Of a DNA stretch of 64,000 bases, positions 1 through 10,148 are shown in pieces. The DNA lies in contig PCVP01000014.1 of assembly GCA_002787035.1 (NCBI GenBank), positions 115,107 to 179,106 on the forward strand. The letters run 5' to 3'. Each line of letters opens with the position of its first letter. Within the stretch, counting starts at the first letter, position 1. The position numbers were made by a program, and so were the translations under genes. The notes under the pieces are model-generated. The model saw only the letters and a program-made list of their open reading frames with translations, was not told where the DNA came from and did no database searches. Origin of the DNA: Candidatus Peregrinibacteria bacterium CG11_big_fil_rev_8_21_14_0_20_49_14 (GTDB lineage Bacteria > Patescibacteriota > Gracilibacteria > Peribacterales > Peribacteraceae).

Positions 1-1030
1 TGGCAAGCAGTTCCTGCTCCAGACGCTTCTTTGCTATTTCTATGTCTTCCTCATGCAGCACGGTGCGGTACGCGGTGTCGCCGCCGAATGCGGGCGCTCT
101 GTTTATTGCGTACACGAGCTGCTGCTCTTCCTTGGCGAGTCCCGGAATATCCCACCGAAGATCCGCAGGTACGTTTCCTCGTTCTCCGATTATTTCGCCG
201 TACAAATCCAAATCATCCGCTTCCGCGCGAACAGTCACCTCTTCTCCCGGCTCCATAACCGCAGGCTCCTGCAGACGGAAAATCATTCCCGCCTGATTCA
301 TTACACGCGTACCCGTACGCAAATCGTACTTTTCAGACGATTCATTTAGAACAGACATGGCAACTTTCGCGCTTGTTCCCATAAACTGCTTGCTGATTTG
401 GTCGAACGTAAGGAGCTGATCCGTATTCACTTCTATGGGAATAAGTTCCAACGTACGAACACGAGACGGAATATCGGAGACGGTTGAACCCGAGAGAACA
501 AGAAAAATGTTCACAGTCTGAGAGATGGTATCTTCTCTCGGCCACACGCGAACAACCGCGGACGGAAGCAGCCGAAAAAGCACGAAGAAAAACACCGTTG
601 CACTCACGACGATGAGAGTGATAACACGAAGTTTCGGCAGACTCAGCAGCCCCATGGCCTGCAAGTTGGAGCGGATTTTCTGCTGCCACACGCGCGGAGA
701 GAAAACGCGAATCGCCTCGTCCGCACTGGGGTGCTTATCCAGAACATGCTTTAAATCCGCCACGGTATCGATAACGCGAATACCTTTCGAGCGTGCCGCT
801 GCTATGACTACTCGTTGCCGAGAAGCAATCTGCACTCTTCCGCTGATTGCCGCCATCGCCTGCAAAAAAATCTTCCGATCTTTTTCGCTCGTTGCCAGTA
901 CCGCATCGGGCCCCGTAAGCACGATGACCATACTCCCCTCCTGCGCGGTAATGCGTTTGGAAAACGCAGCCCAAGACTCTCCTTCCTCGGGAAACAAAAC
1001 AGTAATGTGCGTGCGAGATGCGGAGGTCAT
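1..1030 (-). CDS. conserved membrane protein, possibly baseplate J/gp47-like family (partial; 3' end lies beyond the window start)
   Basis: Hand translation of the reverse strand from ATG (1030..1028) runs 343 codons to position 1 without a stop (MTSASRTHITVLFPEEGESW...ITLIVVSATVFFFVLFRLL...GEIIGERGNVPADLRWDIPGL...). It has one predicted TM helix. It is absent from the ORF track because no stop lies inside the window. The + strand ORFs 525..1046 and 815..1105 are its shadows. Confidence 0.5.
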   Translation of the reverse strand, partial: MTSASRTHITVLFPEEGESWAAFSKRITAQEGSMVIVLTGPDAVLATSEKDRKIFLQAMAAISGRVQIASRQRVVIAAARSKGIRVIDTVADLKHVLDKHPSADEAIRVFSPRVWQQKIRSNLQAMGLLSLPKLRVITLIVVSATVFFFVLFRLLPSAVVRVWPREDTISQTVNIFLVLSGSTVSDIPSRVRTLELIPIEVNTDQLLTFDQISKQFMGTSAKVAMSVLNESSEKYDLRTGTRVMNQAGMIFRLQEPAVMEPGEEVTVRAEADDLDLYGEIIGERGNVPADLRWDIPGLAKEEQQLVYAINRAPAFGGDTAYRTVLHEEDIEIAKKRLEQELLA

Positions 1031-1136
1031 GGAGTACGTAGTGTAGCAGGTTCAGGGTGCATACTGATCTCGTCGAAGTATGACACACACAAGGAATCCC
1101 CCTGAAAAACCCGAGATGACAAGACGTGAAAAATAT

Positions 1137-2336
1137 CTACTTCTCCAATGCCTTGAGCGCGGGTAGTTCTTTTCCGGAGATGAGATCCATCATGGCGCCG
1201 CCTGCGGTACTCACAAATGAGTACGCAGAAAGCGAATAATCGTACCGTTCGTGGAAATCCAACGTGTCCCCTCCTCCTATAATAGAGATTGCACCCTTTG
1301 CAGTCGCTGCTGCTATGGCTTCCGCCAGACGCTTGGTGGCATGGGAGAACCTGTTGAACTCATGCATGCCGAGCGGACCGTTCCACACGATGGTGCCGGA
1401 TTTTTCTATGATGTGGATATAGCGCTCTATGGACACTTTTCCAACATCGAATATCGCCATATCTCCCACAATGTCTTCCACGGGGAGATCTAACTTCTCC
1501 GCCTCTTCCGACGGTGCGGTTGCCACCACGGCATCGCGCGGGACATGAATTTTTGCCATACCTTCCTGCTCGCTGAGCAGCATGATTTCCTGTGCCTTCT
1601 CCACCCATTCATTCTCGTACTTCGACGAACCGACATTAAACCCACGTGCGGCAATGAACGTGTTTGCTATGCATCCTCCCAGTAGCACATCGTCTGCTTT
1701 ATCGAGGAAGTTTTCTATCACGGGAACTTTTGTCTCCATTTTTGCGCCACTCACAATGAGCGTGACGGGGTGCTTGGGAGCCGTGAACACTTTGGTAAGA
1801 CTCTCCACTTCGTTTTGCGCATTCAGCCCCAGAAACCCCGGTATGTGCTTGGGTACTTCGGTCATACTGGCATGGTCCCTGTGGCAGTTGGTAAATGCGT
1901 CGTTCACGTACACATCGGCGAGTGCGGCAAGCTGTTTGCCGAATTCCGGGTCCTTACTCTCCTTCTCTCCCGGCTCAAAACGCAGGTTTTCCAGCAGCAG
2001 TACCTGACCCGGCTGCAGAGCCGCCGCCTTGGCTGTGGCTTGGTCGCCGATACAACGCTCGGCGAAATCCACGGAAACTCCGAGAAGATCTGCAAGAACA
2101 GGCACAAGTGGTTTCTGAGAAAACTCAAGATCCACTTTTCCCTTCGGACGTCCCTGATGCGCCATAATAATAAGAGCGGCACCGCTCTCCAGAATATGCT
2201 TCATAGTCGGAACAATTGCTTCTATACGTGCCGTATCGACTACTCTTCCATTTTCCACCGGTACGTCAAAGCCTGCGCGAAGCAAAACTTTCTTTCCGGA
2301 GATGTCTGCATCGCTGAGAGATGGGTAGATTGACAT
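1137..2336 (-). CDS. pgk: phosphoglycerate kinase
   Basis: 399 aa. The N-terminus (GKKVLLRAGFDVPVENGRVVDTARIEAIVPTMKHIL...IIMAHQGRPKG) and overall length are typical of PGK. Confidence 0.95.
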   Translation of the reverse strand: MSIYPSLSDADISGKKVLLRAGFDVPVENGRVVDTARIEAIVPTMKHILESGAALIIMAHQGRPKGKVDLEFSQKPLVPVLADLLGVSVDFAERCIGDQATAKAAALQPGQVLLLENLRFEPGEKESKDPEFGKQLAALADVYVNDAFTNCHRDHASMTEVPKHIPGFLGLNAQNEVESLTKVFTAPKHPVTLIVSGAKMETKVPVIENFLDKADDVLLGGCIANTFIAARGFNVGSSKYENEWVEKAQEIMLLSEQEGMAKIHVPRDAVVATAPSEEAEKLDLPVEDIVGDMAIFDVGKVSIERYIHIIEKSGTIVWNGPLGMHEFNRFSHATKRLAEAIAAATAKGAISIIGGGDTLDFHERYDYSLSAYSFVSTAGGAMMDLISGKELPALKALEK

Positions 2337-2475
2337 GTTGGCATTGTAGGCGATGAATTTGTGGCCGTGCGAGAGATGTTTTACGTATAGAAGTAGACAG
2401 ATTGTAAGGTCATGGTGAGCTTGTTAAACGTGATGAAAACTGTGCGTTGCGTACCGTGTGGCAGTCCCTTTCACA

Positions 2476-2832
2476 TTACAGTACATCCTCTGGAGAAAAT
2501 TGTTCGGTGAAGTATCCGGTAAGCACCCCGCCGTTATTGCGTACAACAGAGACCCTCCCCTCCCCTTCCGCAGAGGCATCCAGAGAGTCTAAAAGTGGAC
2601 AAATGGCTTTCTGTAGCGAAAAACTTACTATATAGGCACGTCTGTCAAAATGATACATTTCACTCAGGCGTTCGGGGAGACTTTCCTGAGTACATTCATA
2701 TTTATCCATGAAAGCGTCTATTCCCTTGGTGGCAAAATACGCATTCCAATCCCGCTGAATGGTGCGAGCATTTTCGTGTTTCCCTACAATGCCAAAAATT
2801 TCTCGCTCCGCGGACGTACGGGGTTTACTCAT
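2476..2832 (-). CDS. hypothetical protein with a degenerate shikimate-dehydrogenase N-terminal-like domain
   Basis: The EIFGIVGKHENARTI...AYIVSFSLQKA...GRVSVVRNNGGVLTGY spacing resembles the AroE substrate-binding domain. The catalytic SxS, N and D positions are not conserved and no Rossmann domain follows. The start is placed at the internal ATG (MSKPRT) to avoid overlap with the sigma gene; the long ORF form is 2476..2934. Confidence 0.4.
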   Translation of the reverse strand: MSKPRTSAEREIFGIVGKHENARTIQRDWNAYFATKGIDAFMDKYECTQESLPERLSEMYHFDRRAYIVSFSLQKAICPLLDSLDASAEGEGRVSVVRNNGGVLTGYFTEQFSPEDVL

Positions 2833-2860
2833 GCGTGCAGCGTAGCACAGACCCGTTTCA

Positions 2861-5800
2861 ATGAATATAAGAGCATATTTTTGCTCTATAGGAAGAAAGC
2901 AGTCAAAATGCGCTGCCATGAGAATACCAGACAAATCGGGAGCTACTCTGCGACCGGAGGATCACAATCCTCATGGGTACAATACAGACACAATACATCG
3001 CAACGACGCGATACTGCTGAGAGCTTTGGAACGCGGAGATGAAGCGGGAATGCAGCTTGCTATCGCACGATGGGTGGAACTGGGATACAACCGAAGCGAT
3101 TTTGCCGACATTGCAAGCGTCCCTTCCAAAGCACTGAAGAACATAGAGGAACGTACCGGAGTGCACCATAATCCTGCAATCTATGAACGCATAGTGCAGG
3201 CGCTGCGCATACGAGGAATTGCTCAAGACACGATAGATGCAATTGTCCGAGGATTCTCCGTAAACGGTAACGGAGGGGTGAATGTTCATGGCGTATACAG
3301 ACAAATGGCAACCTTTCTTACGTACGAAAAATTGGAAAGACGAACGGGACTTGGAAACAAAGATCTCTGGACTCGCGAAAGTAACGACACACTGATTCCT
3401 CTCAGAGTTATAAGAGACGAGATTCGAAAAGCTTTCAGAAGAGAGGAGCACATACTGCCGGATGCCGAAGAAATCGGAGATATTTGGGGGAAGCATTATG
3501 AAAGACAATTGGCAGATTGCGGCATTCCTCTTCCTCTCGTTCGTTTGAAGAGAGAAATGGCGGTAGAAGCGGAGCAAGAGCCGAGTCTGCAAGATATTCG
3601 AGCCGAATTTCCCGATATCGGATACAGCGTAAGCAGAAGACTGCGTATGAACGAGATACCCGCATGGAAAGATGTGCTGCCTATTGCCAAGCGATACTTC
3701 ACCACAGAAGGAAGGCTAGGGCATTTGCGCAAAGCGTGGAATAAAGCCAGAGAAGAAGAATTCCCGGACGGACACTACGAAGATGTGTTGCGAGAAACAA
3801 TGGAGAGCAAAAATATCGCAAACAATCAGCTCGGCTTGTACCTGGGACTGCACGGAAAGAAAGCATTGCATAAGCTCTGGGATGCACTGAACGGAGAGAC
3901 GATTCTCTCCGGTGTCGCACCCGCGGCAGTCGTGCACAGGTTGGTGGGCGACGAGAACACAACTATCACACGCCACGACGGTACGAGGGTATCTGAAGTC
4001 TGTCACTTAGACACCTTGTTTGATGAACGAAGAACGAAGTACTACGCAAGAAACGGCGCTCCTGCAAATGTGCAAATGCGTATTGCCCGCGAACGATGCG
4101 GCGTGACGGAAGCGGTTTTGGCAAAGAGACTCGGAGAAGAGTGGAGTGTTAAACGAATAAAGCAACTGGAACAAAAAGGTGCCGAGGAATTGAGTGAGCA
4201 GCAATGGCAGAAAATCCATAACGCCATACATGCCTGTATGGAAGACAAACTGAAAGAAGCGCAAGACCGAGAAGCGGTATACAGGCAGCCGCCTACCATA
4301 AAGGAGGCGGCAAGATTAATGGCGGAAGAGTCCGGAGGATACGTTCCATTCTATCGTCTCATACAGCAGAGAGCGCAAACGAAACAGGAATCTGTTTCGG
4401 ATAAGGCGATCAAAAAGTATGAGAACGGAACGGATGTTCCGTCACTCCCCGCTCTGGAGCTTATGCTTGCTGTTCGAAAATCTCGCATGTCTCCGGAACT
4501 GAAATTGGACTGGCATTTGCAATACGCAGAAAGGAAATCTATGCGCGAACACGGAAGCATCTCTCGTGCTCTTCACTGCATGATAGGAGAGAAGCACCGC
4601 AGCGTGTCGGAGTTCGACCGACAAGACCCTCTGCTCAGTGAGACAGTGGGTACTTCCCACCTATCTGCGATAATTCGAGATCTCGATTCTCCGGAAAATC
4701 TCGAGAAGTCCTACTACCAAGATCATATGCAAAACATGTTGGAAGCATTGGGTCTGGAACCGGAGAGTCCTCGAGGAATGTATATGCAACTGCTTTTGCA
4801 GGCAAAAGGAAACTGTGCACAGGCAGTGGCAGCATGGAGAGAGCAGGTGGGAAACAGATTTGTAGAAAGTGTGGATGTATTCCCCGGGCTCACACAAGCG
4901 CAGTACGAAGAACTGGGAATCCCCCTTCGGGTAAGCGAAACAATGGATGCACCGGGAGTACTGCGCGCAAATGCGCGCGATACGGATGCAAAACTGGCAA
5001 CCGCTTGTACGTGCGAAGACGCCGCAACGCTCGCAAGCCGCGTCGATTTACGACAGCAGATTGCACTGCTGTCCTCGCAATGGATGCCTCTCATTCAGCG
5101 TGAACAGGAATCTCTGTGGAATTGTGACCATAAGGGGTGGATACAAGGAGACATAAACTGGGTGTCGAATCGACTCGTTCAGTTGGAGTCTTACGAAGCA
5201 AAGCAACAGGAGGTACTGCGTACCCTGCGCGAGAAACTCACGCTGCTCGAACCCGGTACGGTAAACCTCCCGAGCGAAGGAACGGACGACGAAGTGCGGT
5301 TATACCTTGCACAAATGGGAGCAACGAAACTGCTAAGTCGTCCGGATGAAATAGAGCTCGCAAAAAGCATCGATCGTCGCAGGCAGGCATTTACGGAGCA
5401 GCTGTACTCGCACCCTGTCATTATTCGCAATGCAATGAGTGTGGTGACAAAAGCGATAGCGGGAGACCTTCACTTCGACCGATGGGTAAACTGTCCCGAA
5501 AACGAAAAAGTTTTCCGAAAGAAAGCGGCGGTATTTTCTCCCGTCAATCACACGACTGCAGAAACGCTGTTACAAAGAGCAGATACGGAAGAGCCGGATG
5601 CGAAAGCACACACCAGAATAAAAGCAGCACGACTCGTGGCAGAAGTACCGCTGCAATTTAATAAAATGGAACTCTTCTTTACGGAAGCAACAAAAGCACA
5701 CAAGCAACTGCAAAAGTTGAAACTCGCTGAGCGCAAACTTGCAGAAGGTCCACAGCTTATGGAAGATGCGAAAAGAGAGAAAATTCGGTCTGCAATAGCA

Positions 5801-6670
5801 AGCATAGAAAAAGAATGGGAAATGAGCGCAGAAGAATTTGAGAGCTGGTACGGGCAAGCTGCAACGCTGCACAGTGAATTTACCGAAGACCGTCAACAAC
5901 TTTCGCAGGCGAACCTGCGTTTGGTTGTTTCCATTGCGAAGAAGTATCGAAACAGAGGTCTACCATTCATCGATCTTATTCAAGACGGAAACGCAGGTCT
6001 CATGCGTGCTGTGGATAAATTTGATGTGGAGAGAGGTTACAAGTTTTGCACGTATGCGACCTGGTGGGTGCGTCAGAGTATTACGCGAGCAGTATCGGAT
6101 CAGTCGCGAATGATTCGCATTCCTGTGCATATGATAGAAGTAATGACAAAACTTCGAAAAGCAATGAGAGAATTTGTGGAGGAGCACGGCAGAGAACCGG
6201 ACGCGGAAGAGTTGGCAAAGATTCTGAAGAGAAAGAAAGAAGACGTACAAAATCTGATGGAATTGGAGCGTAATCCCCTCAGTCTGGACAACGTATTTGG
6301 TTCCGACGAAAACAGCGGCACATTCGGAGAACAACTGGAAAACACATCCGAAGCCACAGCGGAAGGAAACACCATGCTCGAAGCGTTGAAAGTACGAATG
6401 CGCGAAGTACTGGAAACTCTGATTGAGCGAGAACGATCTATTATAAAACTCCGCTACGGCATAACAACCAAGGAGGAGTGTGAACAAATTTTGCAGGCAC
6501 ACGGCATAGAGAGAGTGGAAGGAGACCCGTACACACTGGAAGAAGTCGGGAAGATTTTCTCAGTAACACGAGAACGCATTCGGCAAATAGAAGCGAAAGC
6601 AATGCAGAAACTCCAAACGCAAAGCCGCACGGATAAGCTGAAATCTTTTATACATGGTGCAGAAGACTAA
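2861..6670 (+). CDS. rpoD: RNA polymerase sigma-70 family factor (primary-type) with ~800-aa N-terminal extension
   Basis: Region 1.2: [26 protein letters not shown]. Region 2: [57 protein letters not shown]. Region 4.2: [28 protein letters not shown]. The start is uncertain (ATG 2861 or ATG 2918). Confidence 0.85.
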   Translation: MNIRAYFCSIGRKQSKCAAMRIPDKSGATLRPEDHNPHGYNTDTIHRNDAILLRALERGDEAGMQLAIARWVELGYNRSDFADIASVPSKALKNIEERTGVHHNPAIYERIVQALRIRGIAQDTIDAIVRGFSVNGNGGVNVHGVYRQMATFLTYEKLERRTGLGNKDLWTRESNDTLIPLRVIRDEIRKAFRREEHILPDAEEIGDIWGKHYERQLADCGIPLPLVRLKREMAVEAEQEPSLQDIRAEFPDIGYSVSRRLRMNEIPAWKDVLPIAKRYFTTEGRLGHLRKAWNKAREEEFPDGHYEDVLRETMESKNIANNQLGLYLGLHGKKALHKLWDALNGETILSGVAPAAVVHRLVGDENTTITRHDGTRVSEVCHLDTLFDERRTKYYARNGAPANVQMRIARERCGVTEAVLAKRLGEEWSVKRIKQLEQKGAEELSEQQWQKIHNAIHACMEDKLKEAQDREAVYRQPPTIKEAARLMAEESGGYVPFYRLIQQRAQTKQESVSDKAIKKYENGTDVPSLPALELMLAVRKSRMSPELKLDWHLQYAERKSMREHGSISRALHCMIGEKHRSVSEFDRQDPLLSETVGTSHLSAIIRDLDSPENLEKSYYQDHMQNMLEALGLEPESPRGMYMQLLLQAKGNCAQAVAAWREQVGNRFVESVDVFPGLTQAQYEELGIPLRVSETMDAPGVLRANARDTDAKLATACTCEDAATLASRVDLRQQIALLSSQWMPLIQREQESLWNCDHKGWIQGDINWVSNRLVQLESYEAKQQEVLRTLREKLTLLEPGTVNLPSEGTDDEVRLYLAQMGATKLLSRPDEIELAKSIDRRRQAFTEQLYSHPVIIRNAMSVVTKAIAGDLHFDRWVNCPENEKVFRKKAAVFSPVNHTTAETLLQRADTEEPDAKAHTRIKAARLVAEVPLQFNKMELFFTEATKAHKQLQKLKLAERKLAEGPQLMEDAKREKIRSAIASIEKEWEMSAEEFESWYGQAATLHSEFTEDRQQLSQANLRLVVSIAKKYRNRGLPFIDLIQDGNAGLMRAVDKFDVERGYKFCTYATWWVRQSITRAVSDQSRMIRIPVHMIEVMTKLRKAMREFVEEHGREPDAEELAKILKRKKEDVQNLMELERNPLSLDNVFGSDENSGTFGEQLENTSEATAEGNTMLEALKVRMREVLETLIERERSIIKLRYGITTKEECEQILQAHGIERVEGDPYTLEEVGKIFSVTRERIRQIEAKAMQKLQTQSRTDKLKSFIHGAED

Positions 6671-6706
6671 GCTACGGAAGGAAATGAAGAGGTGCAGGGA
6701 AGAACG

Positions 6707-7789
6707 ATGCGCTATGATACGAGAGTGATAGACGTAAACCAGCTCATCGCTCTGCCTTTGGTGGCACTCGCACTCTCCGTGCTACTCCACAGTCTGGCGC
6801 TCAAAGTATTCCCGACCATGAATCTGCTGGATTTTCCCGAGCGGTATGGGCTTCGAAGAAAAAGGAAACCCTACCCGACGGGAATACTGACAGTCTGTGC
6901 GTTCCTGGTGCTGTTTCTCTGCATCCAGAAACTGCTGGCAGAACCGTGGTCCATGCAGCACAAGGGACTCATGGTGGGCATAGCTCTGCTCGGACTTGCC
7001 TGTTTTACGGATGACCGCGTCTCGCTATCCAGTCGAAGCCGCCTCTTTGTGCAGGTGGTGTGTGCGCTCATTATTTTCGGTACGGGGACGCGAATTTTTT
7101 CTCTTACCAACCCGCTGGAAACCCTGACGGGAATAGAACGCATTCAGCTCGATACCTTCGTACTGCGCTCCCCTCTTCTCTCGGATCCCTCGCTCATAGG
7201 AGCGGCATTCACCGTGCTCTGGCTCGGACTGACCATAAACGCACTCAACTGGTTCGATGGTATTCCCGGACAGGTGAGCGTGCTTGCTCTCATTGGATTT
7301 CTGACGATCGGATTCCTCTCGCTTTCTCAGCGTGTGAACCAACCGGAGTTGGCGATGATTTCGTTTGTGCTTGCGGGTTTGGCAGCGGGAGGACTGCTGT
7401 TTGACTTCCCTCCTTCCAAAGTGATCATGGGAGATTCCGGCGCCATGTTTTATGGTCTTATGCTCGGCGTGCTCACCATGTATGCGGGAGGAAAAGTGGC
7501 AACGGCTTTTTTGGTGCTCGGTGTTCCGCTCATAGATTTCGGCATTGTCATCGCAAGGCGACTGGCGAAAGGAACTCCCATTATGCGAGGCGGAGCGGAA
7601 AACGAACACTTGCATCACCGTCTACTGAAGAAAGGCTGGAAAGAGCGACACATCATCGCCCTTACCGCCATGCTCGGCACAACATTCGGCCTCTCCGCAC
7701 TGTTTCTTACAACGGTGCAAAAGTTTCTGGCAGCCGTAGTGCTCCTTGGTATTATGCTCTTGCTGTCTCGGTACTCACGAGACACCTAA
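6707..7789 (+). CDS. glycosyltransferase family 4, WecA/TagO/MraY-type polyprenyl-phosphate HexNAc-1-phosphate transferase
   Basis: Polytopic membrane protein with NALNWFDGIPG and MGDSGAMFYG motifs, which are the family signatures NxxNxxDGxDG and GDxGS. The ORF opens at GTG 6692; the first ATG is at 6707. Confidence 0.85.
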   Translation: MRYDTRVIDVNQLIALPLVALALSVLLHSLALKVFPTMNLLDFPERYGLRRKRKPYPTGILTVCAFLVLFLCIQKLLAEPWSMQHKGLMVGIALLGLACFTDDRVSLSSRSRLFVQVVCALIIFGTGTRIFSLTNPLETLTGIERIQLDTFVLRSPLLSDPSLIGAAFTVLWLGLTINALNWFDGIPGQVSVLALIGFLTIGFLSLSQRVNQPELAMISFVLAGLAAGGLLFDFPPSKVIMGDSGAMFYGLMLGVLTMYAGGKVATAFLVLGVPLIDFGIVIARRLAKGTPIMRGGAENEHLHHRLLKKGWKERHIIALTAMLGTTFGLSALFLTTVQKFLAAVVLLGIMLLLSRYSRDT

Positions 7790-7808
7790 CGGAGTATACT
7801 TCGCACAT

Positions 7809-8144
7809 ATGGAACCAGCGCTGTACCACCTCATCGTCTACGTTCCGCACAAAGAAGCGGAAAACATGCGCAAAGTGTTGGCGAATGCGGGAGCGGGAAA
7901 CATAGGAAACTACGACAGTTGTTCCTTTTCGGTGCGTGGTACGGGCAGATTTCGACCCAATGCGGACGCAAACCCTGCCATAGGTGCCGCATGCCATATG
8001 GAAGAAGTGGATGAAGAACGCATAGAAGCGGTGGTGACACATGTCAATCTTCATGCGGTTGTACGTGCCGTGAAAAAAGCACACTCGTACGAAGAGCCTG
8101 CTATCCATATACTTCCCATGCTCGATTACAAAGTTTTTTTGTAA
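7809..8144 (+). CDS. YqfO/NIF3-associated PII-like small protein (COG3323-like)
   Basis: MEPALYHLIVYVPHKEAENMRKVLANAGAGNIGNYDSCSFSVRGTGRFRPNADANPAIG...AHSYEEPA matches the conserved pattern of this family as I recall it (vfVP.e....v..al..aGAG.iGnY..C.....G.G.FrP...a.P..G). Confidence 0.65.
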   Translation: MEPALYHLIVYVPHKEAENMRKVLANAGAGNIGNYDSCSFSVRGTGRFRPNADANPAIGAACHMEEVDEERIEAVVTHVNLHAVVRAVKKAHSYEEPAIHILPMLDYKVFL

Positions 8145-8158
8145 ACCCCCTCACTCTC

Positions 8159-8572
8159 ATGCAATACATCAAACTGCTTCCACTTGCTGCGCTTGTTCCC
8201 GCACTGCTGCTGACTGCCTGCGGTGGCGGAAACGAGAACACCGAAGTCGCACCGGTGTCTGCCGGTCCGTCGCGAGGAGTGCCGGATGACGTACCGCTTT
8301 ATACGGAAGATTCGGACGCAAAAAGAATGAACTACGAAATCACAGATACGGAAATTGTCGTAATCATGGAAACAATCAACGGACCGCTGAGCCCCATTAC
8401 GTACTACCGCAACCTCGCAAATGCAGGCTGGACCATGCAGCAAGATTCCGGAAACGATGGCGGCACCATACTGGCGACCAAAAAGAATCGAACTCTCTCT
8501 GTCACATTTACGGCTCTGCCCGGCGGAGCGGGAACTCTCATAGAGTTACGCACTACGAAGTTAGAAGAGTAA
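8159..8572 (+). CDS. lipoprotein, function unknown
   Basis: Signal peptide with lipobox (LLLTAC GGG) at the N-terminus; 137 aa. Confidence 0.7.
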   Translation: MQYIKLLPLAALVPALLLTACGGGNENTEVAPVSAGPSRGVPDDVPLYTEDSDAKRMNYEITDTEIVVIMETINGPLSPITYYRNLANAGWTMQQDSGNDGGTILATKKNRTLSVTFTALPGGAGTLIELRTTKLEE

Positions 8573-10108
8573 TTACCGAGCTCTCGTGTACTGCATCGGC
8601 TTACTTAGGTTCAAAAACGGCTGCGCCTGCATGATGACGGTGCGCCTGCCGAGAGGCAAAATGAAGACTTGCGCTTCGCCGTTAGTGAAATCCAGTTGTG
8701 TGAGAATGGATGGTCTGAATTCAGCGTCTCCGTACGCCGTGCGCAGGTGAAGATCATTTTCCAGCAACGGATTAACAATAAGATTTCCGTTTTCGTCCGT
8801 CAGCTGAATTACCACTCTCTCCCATCCGCGACCGGAGTACGTTCCGTCATGCTGAATATTGACTCCACGTACGGACTCGGGACCTGTGACATTCTGTGAA
8901 TCTGTCGATACAACTTCCGTGCGCTGCACAACGGTTGGCGCACCGGAACGCTCCACTTGTCTGCTTGCAAAACGAAGGCGTGTAATACGGTCTTGAATAC
9001 GCTCTTCACGGTTCTTCGCTGCGCGCTGTACTCTGGAGAGTCGTGGTTGCGCAGCGGTGACAACCGATTGCACGGGCTGTTGCGGAGAAGCCTGTGGCTC
9101 TAAAACAGGAGGCACCTCTTCGGGTTTGTCGATAACACGTGGAGGTGGTGCTTCTTTTTGCGGTGGAGTGGAACGTGCCACTGCCTGAGCGAGAGCCTCC
9201 ACCGGTCGGAAGTTTGCCTGCACGTACGGCATGGGATTCACTGTGAACTGCTTCAGTCTTTCTGCGTGCAAACCGGAATCTACCGCCTGCGTTATGTTCA
9301 AACCGTGAAGGTTCGCCTCTGCTGTTGTAAACGGCCAATACGGGTGAAACGGAGCACTCTCTTTATCCATCTGAAAGTGCAGGTGAGGACCCGATGCAAA
9401 ACCCGTATCTCCCGAATAAGCGATGTGCTCGCCTTTCGAAACAACCGCACCGACAGTCACTATACTGCTCTGTAAGTGCGCATACGCGGAATAGAGAGTA
9501 ACGGTTCTGTTGGGTCTGTCGGGGTCCGGCATGTTGGGATGTCGAATAACAACAACGTTGCCATACCCGGAATCTACTTTAACTTCCGATACGATTCCGT
9601 TTGCTACCGCTCGAACAGGTGTGCCGATAGGCACTCGAATATCCACACCGGGGTGACTGCCGGAATCCTGCGCTCCCGTGGTGTACGAGCCCGCATGTCC
9701 GACGGAATAAAACACAGCGGAAGACGATGCATTGCGAGTACGTATTTGTGAAGATTCGTCGTAAAACGGAAGTTCAATGAGAACATCTTGGGGAATCTGG
9801 CGATATGTATGCAATTCGGAGCCTCCTCCATACCGAGACCATGCCGTATAATCCGGCACCTTTTCAAGCGGGGTTACTGTGCCTGTGTACGCAATGAAGC
9901 TATCATCTTCCGAGCCAAGCACGGAAGCCCAGAATAAGTGCCAACCGCTCTGACCCATCATGTTCCCTACCAGAAATGCCATGACAGAAAGAGTCGCCAC
10001 CCAAAATGAACGATGCTGGCTTAAAAAATATACGGGATGCGGTTCACGCACCGGATGGAGCGGCTGGGATGAAAAGCCATGTTTACGACGGGAGACAAGT
10101 GATGTCAT
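8573..10108 (-). CDS. M23 family metallopeptidase (peptidoglycan endopeptidase-like), membrane anchored
   Basis: HPGVDIRVPIGTPVRAVANG...GYGNVVVIRH...YAHLQS...GDTGFASGPHLHFQMD are the canonical M23 HxxxD/HxH blocks. There is an N-terminal TM helix and a Pro-rich linker. Confidence 0.9.
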   Translation of the reverse strand: MTSLVSRRKHGFSSQPLHPVREPHPVYFLSQHRSFWVATLSVMAFLVGNMMGQSGWHLFWASVLGSEDDSFIAYTGTVTPLEKVPDYTAWSRYGGGSELHTYRQIPQDVLIELPFYDESSQIRTRNASSSAVFYSVGHAGSYTTGAQDSGSHPGVDIRVPIGTPVRAVANGIVSEVKVDSGYGNVVVIRHPNMPDPDRPNRTVTLYSAYAHLQSSIVTVGAVVSKGEHIAYSGDTGFASGPHLHFQMDKESAPFHPYWPFTTAEANLHGLNITQAVDSGLHAERLKQFTVNPMPYVQANFRPVEALAQAVARSTPPQKEAPPPRVIDKPEEVPPVLEPQASPQQPVQSVVTAAQPRLSRVQRAAKNREERIQDRITRLRFASRQVERSGAPTVVQRTEVVSTDSQNVTGPESVRGVNIQHDGTYSGRGWERVVIQLTDENGNLIVNPLLENDLHLRTAYGDAEFRPSILTQLDFTNGEAQVFILPLGRRTVIMQAQPFLNLSKPMQYTRAR

Positions 10109-10148
10109 TTTTTGTTTTCTTTCTATTATATTATAACATTTTTACGAT

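Noticed and set aside
525-1105. + strand ORFs 525..1046 and 815..1105 at the left edge.
   Set aside because: The reverse strand carries a longer open frame (1030 to the window edge) with a TM helix and protein-like composition. The + strand ORFs are its shadows.
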